Assembly (NCBI GenBank): GCA_044892505.1
Contig: CM097883.1
Location: forward strand, 216,690,001 to 216,754,000
Length of the DNA stretch: 64,000 nt
Direction: 5' to 3'
DNA from: Schmidtea nova
Taxonomy: Eukaryota
Shown: piece by piece, positions 20,861-35,176 of the stretch
Numbering within the stretch: position 1 is the stretch's first letter
How the letters are laid out: each line of letters starts with the position of its first letter
Made by a program: the position numbers and the translations under genes
The notes under the pieces: generated by a model
What the model saw: the letters and a program-made list of their open reading frames with translations, nothing else
What the model was told of the DNA's origin: nothing
The model's database searches: none

Positions 20861-23800
20861 TACCATTATGATGGCGACGCCTCTGTGAAATTTTCCGTCC
20901 AGGCTCACATACTCTTGAAAATCTCATCTACTGGACATCTTAGGAATTTAATTTCTCCTGTCAGTTCAAATCTCCAATTCATCTCGATGATTTCATCTCT
21001 TATTATAAATCGACTCATTCCACGAATTGACAAATGATTCAACCTGCCATTTACTGTAATTTCCTATTTCTGATCCCTAATAAAATTTTAGTTTTTGTAA
21101 AAATATATATTTGGTTTCTTTTTTAAAAAAAAAATTCTAGTTTTATTGATGATTTTATGTAATGGATTAGTGCAAATTAAAGCGTGGAAAATAATGGAGT
21201 TCGAATCTCTTACTGGATCATGCAGTATAAATCAGCAATGATCACCACCACTGCTCTAGATTCCACTCAGAATTTTTGAATTTATTATGCTGTAAGTAAA
21301 GGTGAAATGGTATAGTTCGTATAGATGTAGTTTGCAGATCCCACTATTTAAAATAGATTAGGGGTTACGATGTCTGAAGGTACTAGTTTATGTTTACCCT
21401 TAAGTTCGTGGTTTGGTTGTGAATCTCCTCCGTAGGGCTTGTGTGTATAATATGGAAATGATACCACAATATGTCGAGGTAGATATCCTATTGTTTGTGA
21501 ATGTATGAGTTTGTAGGTCATTGTAGTTGGATGAGATGAAGTATAATGACTGTATGTTCTGTTGTTACTGTTGGGTTTGTGTGTGATTGTATGATGAGTG
21601 ATTTAAAACAATTGAGTGCTTGTGAGTGTGGTCAGATGTACGATTCTAACTAGCATGTCTGTGTGGAATTTTTGGTATGGTTTGTTGGTGTGTATGTGAT
21701 TGTTGAATGTTATTGAATGATACTGTGCATGTGTGTATATTGTATTTTATATGTATGTTGTTTGTGTATTAGTATGGATGATGCTGTTGAGTGAAAAGGG
21801 TGTGATTTTTTGCAATGAGTGATGTATCATTATTTTTAAGATATCGTGGGGGTAGTTATATTATAAATTATATAAAATAATTTTAAATTAAAATAATAAT
21901 AATAATTTTTATAATGCTTTTTATGAATTTCTAATTTATAGTTCTATGAAAATCTACTAATGATAAAAATTTTGATTTTTATAAGATAGGTTTTTGAATT
22001 TAACTTTTTACATTCTAGAATATATATATTAACCAAAAAATTTTCTATAAAATTTCAAATTCAGATTTTTATAAAATGATAAAAAAAAATTTCAATATAA
22101 TAATAAAATTTCAATCTATAATTTTTATGAGGTTTAATATAACTTTTGATTTGCAAATTCTCTGGGATTTTATGAAATGATAAAATCTTTTATATATTAA
22201 CAATATTAGGAAAATTTTTGGTTTACAATTTTTTCATTATAAAATCTTTTCAGCATAATAAAAAGCAAATTTTTATTCCTGATCAAAATGAAATGATAAT
22301 AAATTTTTATCCATAAATTCCGAGATCTAAATAAGCATTTAATCTAAAAAGTTTTTATATGCTAAATAAAAAAAAATAAAAATAAAAATAAGTTATAAAC
22401 TTTTCAAGAATATTTTTAGATATCGAACAAATGAATCTCGGTTTTGTTGAGCATGAATTTCCCAATCAAAGTGCACGCGAATTTTTCGGGACGCTTCACT
22501 TAGGAATTTCAGGCTCTTGAAAACGAGGTTCACAGGAAAAATTTATTTAGACAATAATGAGTGTAATTCAGATCAAATCAATACTTGTTTCGCAATTCGT
22601 TTCATTCTGTGAGCATTATTCTAGCCTTGAGCATTATTTCGAACGATTTTCTTTTCATCATTAGCATCCATTTTTCTTGCATTTTCTCATGAGATGATCG
22701 TTGTTGAGAGTGCGAAGGTGAAGGTGAGTACGAGTCAATTTTTTAATTAGTAATATTTCCTATTTTAGATTTCAAGACATGAGTTAGACATTGTTATGTT
22801 ATATTACGAAATTGCTTATGTAGATAATAAAAAATATGATACTCTATTATAATAAAAATCATTAGTATAACAAATCCTTGCTCTTGGCCATACCACGATT
22901 CCCCAGTTGGGATGACGAGATTATGGATGTATGAGCCTCACCTTAAAGTGGAAATATGGGCTGGCCGATTACCAATCAGACAACGATCCACCCAGGCTAC
23001 TAACAGATCCGCACAACCAAGGCTGGACGGATCGTCAGAAGATATGGGAAAAAAAAAATTTATTTATTTTTCTAATTTTATTTAATTTGCTACTTGAAAT
23101 GAAATTTTTGGAATGTACTGGGAATTTGTAACAAAAAAGAAATTCTTTCTCTTTTCAAGAAAAATTGATAAAAACAAATCATTAAATATTTTAATAAAAT
23201 CATAATAAAAATACATAAATCAATAAAATAATAAATAACATATTAATAATAAACAAAGGGCGAGGAATGGAATGATCGCTAGGCATGATGAACGACCATT
23301 CCAATCCCCCATAATAACAAAAATCAAATTAATCCTTACATTGGTCCACTCCAATTCTTCGGAAAGTATTTAAAGAAAATTTTCTTCTTGAAGACCTCGG
23401 AAAATTCTTTCTGCTGAAATTTACGTTCTTTCTCGACTTGAATCAATTCTGGAAAATTTCTGAAACGTTCTTCCCAAAATTCTGAACAAATTCTTCAAAT
23501 TCTGCAAGTTAGAGGAGGTTCTCCAAATTATAATGGTAAAGAATATTTTCAACAAAATTATAAATTCTCGATTCTGATAAATTTTGTTACCACGAATTCT
23601 TAGTCAACAAAATAATTTTCACAAAATTTTCTGTTAAGGAAACGAAAATTTTTTCACAAAATTCTTAACTCTGCCATTTTGATGGCGGTATATATACCAT
23701 CAAATTTTCTCTATCTTCAGTAGTGCAATAAAACAAATTGTTCTAGAATTTTCTCTTAATTTTTTCTAAATTAATTCCAATGATTTTCCGAAAATTAATT

Positions 23801-24292
23801 CCATATTTTTGTATAATAATTTTTTATAAACTATAAATAATTTATTTTAATTCAAAATTTTTATGTTTGAATCGAAATCTGTTCGATTTGATTTAATTTA
23901 TGATATTCGATCCATATTAATTCTTTCTATTGTTAAATGTGAAATTTTGTGATAAATTCACAATTTTCCTCTAGAATTGTGTTAATTTTTCTGCACTTGA
24001 AGGTTTATGACAAAATTCTGTTCTTTATGGGCATTTTCCATGGGTTTTTTGCCTATTCTAGCTTCCAAACATTCTGCTTTTAATTTTTCGCGAGATTTCA
24101 GTGAAAATATTTATAAATTCGCAGTTAGCGCGTAGTCTACCGGTTGATGTGTTTTGATTCCACTTCACCTTTTGGTGTTTTCCACTTAATTGTTAGATTT
24201 TTAATGGAAGCTAAGGTTAAAAATGGAATTTTGCGCGTTCTCTACCTATGGGGTTATCGCTTTATTAAAACAAATTGTGTTTTGGCCCAACA

Positions 24293-24891
24293 CTATTCTA
24301 ACAAATCCCATTCTACTACTGAATTTACAAAAATAGAAGTAATTTATTGAAAGTTGTTATAATTGTGTTGATACATAATAATTATTTAATTTCATCATTT
24401 TGTTTTTATTTTTGTTGCATAACCTCAAGCATTACAAAACATTCACCCCGAGTGTCGGTACACTGTTAACGCCAGACTCTCTCGGGCACTTACACTCTTC
24501 TAGTGTGATAGAACAGAACATAAACAAATAACAAAGCAATTACATATCTAATATACATATCCATAAACACACGTCCGCAATCTACGTTCTTTTATTAATT
24601 AGATTGCGGACGTGTGTTTATGGATATGTATATTTGATATGTAATTGCTTTGTTATTTGTTTATGTTCTGTTCTATCACACTAGAAGAGTGTAAGTGCCC
24701 GAGAGAGTCTGGCGTTAACAGTGTACCGACACTCGGGGTGAATGTTTTGAAATGCTTGAGGTTATGCAACAAAAATAAAAACAAAATGATGAAATTAAAT
24801 AATTATTATGTATCAACACAATTATAACAACTTTCAATAAATTACTTCTATTTTTGTAAATTCAGTAGTAGAATGGGATTTGTTAGAATAG
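24293..24891. repeat. Near-perfect palindrome: 292-bp arms (24293-24584, 24600-24891) with a 15-bp spacer
   Basis: Direct comparison; two mismatches noticed. Confidence 0.93.
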
Positions 24892-25235
24892 GATTCGGCC
24901 TCAATACAGTTACTCAATAATTCAGCTCTTCGAGCAATATAATATTATTTACTGCTATTATCAATCAGGATAAAAAGTTTTATTTTGGTTTTATTTTGGT
25001 TTATAAACCGCTAATTTACGGGAGGATAATTTGTTAGGATAGGATTCGTCCTCAATACAGTTACACAATAATTCAGATCTTCGAGCAATATAATATTATT
25101 CACTGCTATTATCAATCAGGATAAAATATTTTATTTTGGTTTTATCTTGGTTTATAGAAAGCTAATTTACGGGACGATAATTTGTTAGGATAGGATTCGG
25201 CCACAATACAGTTACACAATAATTCAGATCTTAGA
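24871..25235. repeat. Tandem repeat, 151-bp period, ~2.4 copies
   Basis: GGATTCG(G/T)CC.CAATACAGTTAC at 24891, 25042, 25193. Confidence 0.88.
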
Positions 25236-25818
25236 TATATTGTGATTCGCTACTATTTTCCAACGGGATTTTCAGTTTTCTTGCGAGAATCTTCTTTTGG
25301 TATTCTTAATTTAATTTCAATATTCTTAAATTATAATTCCTATAGTAATTCTGTTTATTACTATAGGAATTGATTATTTTGTTTTTTTTAAAATTATTTA
25401 ATTTTTGTTAAATTTTAATTATTATCTAAAGAGAAACTGGAAATGAAAAACGTTAAAGGTTATAGAGATGTTTTCAAACTCATTCGACGATTAATTATAA
25501 TATAAAGGCCTAGTTGCCATTACTTACTAAACCTGCAAAAAGGGGGGGGAGTACAAAGCGCACCACCATGACGACAACAACAACGCATAGTCATAAAAAT
25601 AATAGCAAAATTTACACCTATATCCGCATATATACAATCATTCTGTAAAATCATGATCACACCAAATAACCATTGTTGANNNNNNNNNNNNNNNNNNNNN
25701 NNNNNNNNNNNNNNNNNNNNNNNNNNNNNNNNNNNNNNNNNNNNNNNNNNNNNNNNNNNNNNNNNNNNNNNNNNNNNNNNNNNNNNNNNNNNNNNNNNNN
25801 NNNNNNNNNNNNNNNGTA

Positions 25819-25900
25819 TTGGTTGTAGTACAGTGGTTGAGGCTATAGACTTCAATTTGTAAATGCGCAGGTTCAACTCCCAAGTAGGAATATTTTTTTT
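25819..25900 (+). pseudogene. tRNA-derived (Pol III A/B box) relic or SINE head; second copy at ~25981-26060
   Basis: A-box-like TAGTACAGTGG 25826-25836, B-box GGTTCAACTCC 25870-25880, T8 run at ~25893; stems do not pair into a cloverleaf. Confidence 0.45.
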
Positions 25901-26423
25901 CGTTTTTATGAAAATTTTTGACGAATTTGGATTCAGCATATTAAATTTCATATAAATTGAATTTTTTATTTTGAATAGTGTCGGTTGTAGTACACTGGTT
26001 GATAATTGTGATTGATAATCGTTTGCTAATTGTGAGAGCCCGGGTTCAACTCCCAAGTGGTTCAGTGGTTCAGTGGAAGTGTGAGTGATAATGGGTTGTA
26101 AGCATGTAGTGATTATGTAAAGGTGTTACATTGTGTGCGTAAGTGAGTAAGTGTGTAACCGCGTAACAATTAAAGGTCAAGGTGTAAAAGTCAAGTGGAC
26201 TTAAACGTCAAATATGGTGCAACATGGGTCAAAGGTCAATAATGACGCAATAGTGGCCAAAGGGTCAGTATGATTCAATAAAGGTCAGTAATTACATAAT
26301 TGGGGGGTCAAATGAAACGGATTTAAGACAAAATATGATGTAATTGGGGTCAAATGTTCCACAATTACGATCAATTAAGGAATTTAGTCGTCAAATATCA
26401 ATTACTATGTAACCGTAGGGGAG

Positions 26424-27482
26424 TATGGTGATCTGTTTTATATTATGGTGATCTGTTTATATTAGACGTTTTATTTTTTTTTAGTGTTATGAATGTGGAA
26501 TTGGATCCCCTCATCCCTGCTTATTGGGGGGAGCGTAATGTTTATTTTGGTCATTATTTTTATTATTATTTTTATTATAAAGCAATTATTTTTAAAATTT
26601 GAATTTTGAAAATAATTAGGCTTATTATAGTAATAAACTATAGTAAGCTTACAAAATACAAATAAGAAAAATCGATTAAAAATAGAATTTAAAAGATAAA
26701 AACAACTTATTACTACTAAACCAAGAGCAAAGCCCGACCCAGCAATTATCCAGAGATTATAATCAGGATTATTACTCAATACTATTTATTAGTTCTAATC
26801 TAAGAGCAAAGCTCAATCCACAAATTATCTAGTGATAATAATCAGGATTATAACTCCATAGTTATTCGACAATTATCTACAAATTATTATTTGACATTAA
26901 TTATTCGACACACCTAATCAGAACTAAATTGTCCTTGCAATCGAAAACTATCGAAAGTCCAATTTTATTTTTGAAAACAATTAATCCACTGTGAGTATTT
27001 GTTATTTTTATTCGTTAATAAATACAAATTTTAATTATAAATATTGTTTTTATTTTATTATCTTTTTGTCTCAATACACACCCAAAAGCACGTACACAGC
27101 ACACACCCCAATTGTCCCCACAATAAGTCTTGGGAGACTCTTTTGGGCTCTTACAATTCCTTAAACAACAATTCCTTCAACAATAATTCTTTTTGTCTCA
27201 ATACACACCCAAAAGCAACAACAATTCCTTCAACAATAATTCATTATCAACACAAATACTTGAAAAGAACATTTTTTTCGCTTCAAAATAATTAAAAATA
27301 ATTGCTTTATAATAAAAATAATAATAAAAATAATGACCAAAATAAACATTACGCTCCCCCCAATAAGCAGGGATGAGGGGATCCAATTCCACATTCATAA
27401 CACTAAAAAAAATAAAACGTCTAAAATAAACAGATCACCATAATATAAAACAGATCACCATAATATAAAACAGATCACCATA
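26424..27482. repeat. Foldback structure: ~170-190-bp inverted arms (26424-26595, 27292-27482) around a ~700-bp loop
   Basis: Arms nearly identical; 20-bp unit TATGGTGATCTGTTTTATAT occurs 2x on the left and 3x on the right. Confidence 0.88.
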
Positions 27483-27519
27483 GGGAGGTACTATGTTTGA
27501 CCGGGACACATCCTACTAA

Positions 27520-27752
27520 TAACGGGCATTAATCCTTCTATCGGTAGCCGTAGAACCCATTGTGATGTACGGTCAATCATAGTTTCGATTTTTCGACGCT
27601 CGCTGTTTGAGGACATCCACCTATTTATTGTATTACCAAACTTACATTGTGACGAACAACAAGATGGTTTTGACTAATGTTTTATATGTTGAGTTGTTGA
27701 TAGGAGGCACAGTAATGTCAAGGTCATATTGACGGTCAACAACCCACCATAT
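27520..27752 (-). repeat. Copy B of the ~230-bp repeat at 10873-11100 (inverted)
   Basis: Identical 36-bp core ending at 27752; shared ACTATGATTGACCG and GGCTACCGAT.GAAGG blocks. Confidence 0.85.
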
Positions 27753-28905
27753 CGATCAAAATTCGACAGGAACAACGTGAACCTGCTCAGTCATGCGTTT
27801 ACGGGTATATCTTATGGAATAACAATGGGAAGTAAAAAGAATTATATATGATGACAATCAAATAACATTCGTTACCATGAAAATTGAAGGTAAGATATCT
27901 ACCGACAATCGAACACTCCTGTCGTTTTACATGTTTCTGTCAATGGTATAGAATATCTAGGAATGCCTTTTAAAAAAAACTCGGTATACATTCCCTAATG
28001 AACTCACTTGTGCATTATGTACCCTCAGTTCCTCTGAAAAATTTCTTTTTTTAAATTTCTTTTTTAAATACTACTTTAAATATGAATATAATTAGTCTTC
28101 ACTAAGCATGGGATCGGGACCATAGTGAATATGCTCAATACGTGTCAAGACAGACTAGACTGTTCAATTCTGATACCGGAAATTTCTGCTGAGTAAAAAA
28201 GCACATTGTCATTCCAAAATCATAGCCTGTCATTTTTTCTTATTTCTGGCTGTTGTTACAAGTTAGCTGTAGCATTTTATTATTCTTAATTGACTTCTCA
28301 GAGAAGTTCAACTACACAACTCCTCTGATGTGCCATACGTTTGAATTTTCCTACAGTTTACCTTCTATGCCGTCATCAATAACTGATCTACAGTTACTGG
28401 TGAATGCATTTACCCAGTTGATAAAGATAGAGCATTCTTTAGATAGGTTGACAATTTTTCAAAACTCTGGCAAAACTGTGATAAAGAAAATTACAATAAA
28501 GCTTAATTTTCTTCACCATTTACTCAAATGACTACAAAATTAAAAATAACCTAGCCGTTATTTTTAATTCTATATTATACCAGGGATTTAATTAAATCAC
28601 CATATATATATAAATAACTTTACAAAAAATTAGATAATTTATAAATTACTACAATTTAAAAAATTTCACATAAGATTAGTTTTATTTTAGATAATCACAT
28701 TATTATCGATATTTTCTGTGTATATTATTATTTAAAATTGTAAATCTTTTAATAATTATTAATATATTTTTGAATTTGGCAGAAATTTAAATTGAGGTGT
28801 GCTAAACAAAAATTGTCTCACCAATAAACGCTGCTTGTGCGTAGGAAACTATTGAAATTATAAAAAAAGATATTTTTGTAATTTACTAATTTAAATACAC
28901 TTGAA

Positions 28906-31900
28906 ATGGAATTAGAGAATATTCAAGACAAATGTGGCATATTCGGTTGTGTTGCAACAAATCCCTGGCCATCTGATCTAGAGACAGCCAACATAATCTC
29001 AATGGGCCTAGTGGGATTACAACACCGTGGCCAGGAAAGCGCTGGAATAGTAACATCAACCGGTGAAGAGTCCCTCTATCATCACCGGGGAATGGGATTA
29101 GTCAATCAACTATTCGATGCTGAAACGCTTACGAAATTGTACGGAAATCTTGGTATCGGTCACACGAGATACAGCACTGTCGGTGCATCTGAGCGCACAA
29201 ATTGCCAGCCGTTTATTGTTGAGTCTACGTATGGACAGTTTGCTGTGGCACACAACGGGGAATTAGTTAATGGAAGTTTGTTGAAGAAGAAAATCTTGCA
29301 ACAAGGTATCGGTTTGTCATCTGGAACAGATAGTGAGGTTATTACACAGATATTATGTCAAACCCCAAAATGTGGTGAACCTTACGGAGTAAATTGGCCG
29401 AGTAGAATTCAACATTTAATGCTGCAAACTCAATTGGCATACTCATTGGTCATATTGAGCAATGTAAAATATAATAAATGAAATTACCAAATTGAAAAAA
29501 AACCTTTAAATTTAAACAGGATAAAATATATGCCGTACGAGATCCATATGGAAACCGTCCGTTGTGCCTCGGTTATTTATGCAATCAAAATCGTAAATCA
29601 ACAGCATCGTTGACTGAGGAGAATGAATTATCCAAACATGTTGGATATGTTGTATCGTCGGAATCTTGTGTGTTTGGATCTATCGGGGCTGAGTTGTATC
29701 GAGAAGTTTTACCTGGTAATTATTACTTTAAAAATATATATTTAATAAGTGTCTAATTATTGAAAAGCTGTCAATCTCTGTTAAATATGTGCTTAAGATT
29801 TTATCTTATAAATTAATCACTTATTATTTGTTGACATTTAAGTTACTAATAAAGTACGATAAATCTTTAAATTAACCAAAAAAATCTAAATTTCAATTAT
29901 TTCATATTGTTGAAAGACTCAAGTTGCATTTTTATTTTAAATTTCGTATACTCCATCTCCAACCGAAACAGCTCTAGTAAAGCAATTATATTTACATTTA
30001 ACGATCTGAGAGGCTACTAAAATTTCTGATAAATCGTTTTTAGAAATTTAAACATTTATTTGTAAATTTTTCATACGAAACTACTCATTATATCTCTGTA
30101 TATTGACAAGGCCGTGCAATGGATGCATGGAATTTTAAGTTTAACAAAATTAGTTAATAACAATTGTGAAATCTGCTTTTCAGTCTTTACCCTTCCAGCT
30201 TTGAAGTTTTTGTTATCAATTATCAATTTGAAACTCCACAATAACTCCATGACCAAATTTGAACCGATTTCATTCACTAGTATAGAAATTATGAAATCGA
30301 AACAAATACCGTTCCCAAGGGTGAAAGAGCTTAAATTTTGTCTTGACTACTTAATAATGTTGTAGTAAATGAACTTTACAATTTACAACTTTACACCCAA
30401 TAAAAAGGTGATAACGTATATAATGGATATGTTAGATCAGGGCAGACCAATCCAAATTGCATCAAGGGCCGTACATAAATTAGAATAAATGGAAAATTTT
30501 GTTCTCATCATTTTTTCTAACTTTACAAATAATTTTGTACTTGTCAATTTTTAATGATAAATTTTAGGGGAAAAACTAGATATAAAAAGAAAACATGTAA
30601 TGAACGAACCACAAAATATATTTGTATGGTTGTAAATATAAGAGTGCCGCGGGTTGGTCACTTCTGTTTTAGATTATAATCCAATTATAATACGTTATAA
30701 CTAATTAATATTTTGTTAAATTTTCAACTTATATAATATTTAAGCAAAGTGTTTATAATATCCACATTAAATATGGAATAAACTGGATTAGTTTGAAATC
30801 TTTAAATACACCTAATGATGTGGCAATTCAGCTTCAATAAATTAATATAATTTTAATGGGAAGTTCCTAAAGAAAATGACCTAGAAAGGAATAATGGACC
30901 TATTACTAAGGCTATTAAGAACTCGATAGAGAAACGAGAGAAAGAACTTTTGATAATAAAGTATTTTAGCTGCGGTTTATGTTGACGCTAAATGCAGAAT
31001 TACGGTTAATAGTTAATTTTTTAATGTTTAGGAGTAAATTGTATGTTAAATTCATCAATCGCGTGATTTTCATTTGGTAATCGGTAGAGGACAATCTATC
31101 TCAACCCACAATATCATATTAGATTTGTCCTATCTTAAATGAAATAGGCGACTGGAGTTATTATTTATGTCAATGAATAAATATCCTCCATTCTAATTTC
31201 AAATAAACTTCCCAATCGAACTATTTTTTATAAATATTATTTTTTTATTAGAAATAATTATTATAATTTAATTTTAAAAATGTTTTTTTCTCTAGTCACT
31301 TATGTAAGGTTTATTCTTTGTTGTCGCAACTGATTATAATTGGTTTGTGATTTATTTATGATTTGTTTAACAGAGTTGTGGTTTCATTTTTATAAACTGG
31401 TTCGGTTTTGAATAATTCGTTGATTCTATACGTTTCCAACTTATTGCTAAATTAATTAATTTTTACAATTTTTTAGTCCAATAAATAAGTTTATCCTAAT
31501 CAGAAATATATAAATATCATTTATAGTTAATCTGTTTATATATGGATACAGTTAATCTCATTGTTGATAATTTCAATAAGTCTGAAGTGCATTCATAAGG
31601 CTGAAATAATATTATTTCTGTCGGGTTCTTTTATTTGATCAACTTTATTTACAATAGGTTAAAACTAGGATCATTAATAATTGAAGCTAAACTAATTTGA
31701 AGAAGCTTAAATCATCAAAATTAATTCAAATTTTTTTATTTTTCAGTTTAAGGCCTGTACGATTTTATTTCTCAATTTCTTTTCGAAAATAATTCCTTAC
31801 ATGCATCTGGGGACACGAATTTGTTGAGGATTTTTGTCTTAAATATAACAAGTTGAATAATTTTCAGTGTAATATATAACAATAAATGTAACAGATGAAA

Positions 31901-34322
31901 TGATAAAGCTGTATCCAGAAAGTTTAAGGCTATTTGAGGGTCCTAGTAACTGTAATTTTAAAATACAAACTAATTAATTAAAAATTTTTTAATGACAATT
32001 ATTTCTGTATGAAAAACATAATCGGTGATTTTGACATACACAATATGGACTTGTCAAAATTTAGCGTCGTAAAATTTTTATTTATATAGTTTTTTTGATG
32101 AAGTTCGCAAAATCAAAATGATTAATATAAAAGCGGGGTTGGATTTAGTGAAAATTTCCACTTACAATCAACAGAAAAGTTACAGAGAAGCATCTCTGAT
32201 TATATGGAAGACTTTCAATTTTCTTTATTTTCAGTTCTTATCAAACTATGAATAAAAGTAATGATTTCTAGTCTAAAAAGAAATGAAGATAAAGGTCATT
32301 GGTAAATAGTATCAAAGATTTTACTAATAAATGGAAAAACCATTTTTTAATTTTTACATTGTCTTTCAAAAGTCACTACTTACTTTCTTCACCAAAATAT
32401 TGACAATTCAATTATCCAATGGCCCTAAATTTCCTATGAATAGGAAGATTTTCTTAATAATGTCACTTTTAAACTGTCTCGTTTGCTTTCAAATTTTATA
32501 GCCTAAGTATGTATTTTGCATTTTTAATTCTATTTAAACCATAAGTAGGTAGATGTGTGGAGTCAAAAACAAAGAAATTCGTGGGCGGAAAATTCAAACA
32601 AAACCATGAATCACTGAACTAGGATCATTAATTTTTAAAATTTTTAAAATTTTTTTTACCTATTTTAAAATTAAAAAATTTTTTTTTGACCAATCGATTA
32701 CTCATCGATGACATCAAATATTTTTATGACTCATCGAAAAATAAGCATTTTTTAAAAAACTTCTTCAATTTTGATTATTTTGAATTTTTTTTGGTTTTTA
32801 TGACTTCATCGATGACTTAGTTATTTTTTGAGAAATTTTTTTTGAAAATTTTTTAAAAATTTAAAAAAGTTTAAATTGATGGCTCATCGATGACTTACTA
32901 TATTCATGACTCATCGATGACGTATCAATGACTCATTTCAAATTTGACTTTTATGAAGTCATGGATGTCTCATTTTAAATTTAAATAAAATTTTAAAAAG
33001 TTAAAGTACCAACGATAAATTTGGTATCATTTGAACCGCCTTCGCTATACGAAGATGATGGTATTATTTTTTAAGGTGTCTGATCAAAAAATAAAATTTT
33101 AAAATAAAAATACTTAAAGTACCCAGGTTAAAATTGGTATAGTTCGAAAGGCATTCGCCAGATACACACGACGGTATTATTTTTGAAGGTGCCTGATCAA
33201 AAAAAATCAAAATTTGTACCACAAATAAAAATTTTTTTAAATTTAAAATACCTCGGTAAAATTTGGTGTTGTTCGAAAGCCCTTCGCGAGATACACACGA
33301 CGGTATTATTTTTGAAGGTGTGTGATCGAAAAATAAAATTTTGAAACAAAAAGTTCAAACAAATTATATATAATTGAAAATATTTTTCATGGTCATAATA
33401 TTTAAAACTATGTTGATGGTGTGTAAATATAATTTTTAAACAACGACATAGTTAACATTGCAATGCAGATGCAAGTTAACAAAGACATAACAATGCAGAT
33501 GCAAGTTAACAAAGACATTGCAATGCAGATGCAAGTTAACAAAGACATTGCAATGCCGGTGCAAGTTAACAAATACATTAGTAATAATAAATACAAAGAC
33601 TAAATAAAATTTATTTATAAATATAATGCTGGGTACGTGTACAAAATTTCAAATCAAAATAGTTCATATCAAAATTTTTCATAGGAATATTATTCTTAGG
33701 AATATTTGATATTTTCTCTAACCTTATCGAAGTTGATAATATCAAGATCACTATTAATATAAATAAACTGATTTAATGTAATACTAATGCCGTATTTTCG
33801 TTTTCAATTTAAACTGTTTGATTTTGACATCTGATTTATTTATATTGTTTTTTTTATTAAATGTTTGATTCGAACATTTCACTATCATAGATTTTGGTAA
33901 TCATTTTTTTCGATTTCATTCTTAATCAAATTATTTTTTGAAGGACACTGATCACATTGTAATCATATTCGGCTGCATTCAATGTTTCATTCAATATTTC
34001 ATTGTAACTCGCACAAGTGATATCTTCTCTTCTAAACGGATGGGTTGATTGACAAGCTTTGACATATGAGTAGCATACCCAAGATGGTGTGTGCGTGTTT
34101 CAAACATTTTTCTACCACTATTTTAAAAAATCTACCGCAATTTAAACAAAGAAATTGCAATGCCAAACAAATTAACAACAACACTACAATGCTAAAACAC
34201 CTTAACAAAGACATTTCAGTGCCAAAACACCTTAAGAAAAACATTTCAATGCAAAAATAACTTAACAAAGACATTTCAATGCCAATGCGACTTAACAAAG
34301 ACATACATGCAAGTTAATAATG

Positions 34323-34402
<80 letters not shown>

Positions 34403-35126
34403 TTTAAAATATTCAAGGGTTCAAAAATTTTAAAACTATATAAATATCATTCGAAAGGTATTTGAGTATGGTGGTTATATCCTTAAATCTTCAAGAAGTG
34501 AATAAATATAATTAAAATACCTCAACGTAATATATATTTATTTTCCTAACCATTTTGACAATGCAATCCATGTGCAATATTTACAAAGATATTGCAATCT
34601 AGATGAAAGTTAACAAAGACATTGCAAGCCCGATTAACAAAGACATGCATGCATGCAAGTTAATAATAAAAATATAATTTTGACACTGTAATCCATGTAC
34701 GTGTAATCCACATACAATATTAACAAAGACATTACAATACATATACAAGTTAACAAAGACATGGCAAAGCAGATGCAAGCCAAATTAACAAAGACATNNN
34801 NNNNNNNNNNNNNNNNNNNNNNNNNNNNNNNNNNNNNNNNNNNNNNNNNNNNNNNNNNNNNNNNNNNNNNNNNNNNNNNNNNNNNNNNNNNNNNNNNNNN
34901 NNNNNNNNNNNNNNNNNNNNNNNNNNNNNNNNNNNNNNNNNNNNNNNNNNNNNNNNNNNNNNNNNNNNNNNNNNNNNNNNNNNNNNNNNNNNNNNNNNNN
35001 NNNNNNNNNNNNNNNNNNNNNNNNNNNNNNNNNNNTTTAAAGACTAATAATAAATCACAAAGTTCATTCTCTTAGCAAGGTTCTTCTAAAAATAAATTAA
35101 ATAAAAATACATATATTTTGTTAAAC

Positions 35127-35176
<50 letters not shown>

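Noticed and set aside
22690-23050. Possible exons around a GTGAGT...TTTTAG intron-like segment
   Set aside because: No consistent open frame or recognisable protein
28250-28560. Head-to-head PAICS partner of PPAT as in vertebrates
   Set aside because: Minus-strand frames are closed and show no PAICS motifs
33408-33596. Cys-rich [10 protein letters not shown] repeat peptide
   Set aside because: Translation of the 30-bp tandem repeat; no support for expression
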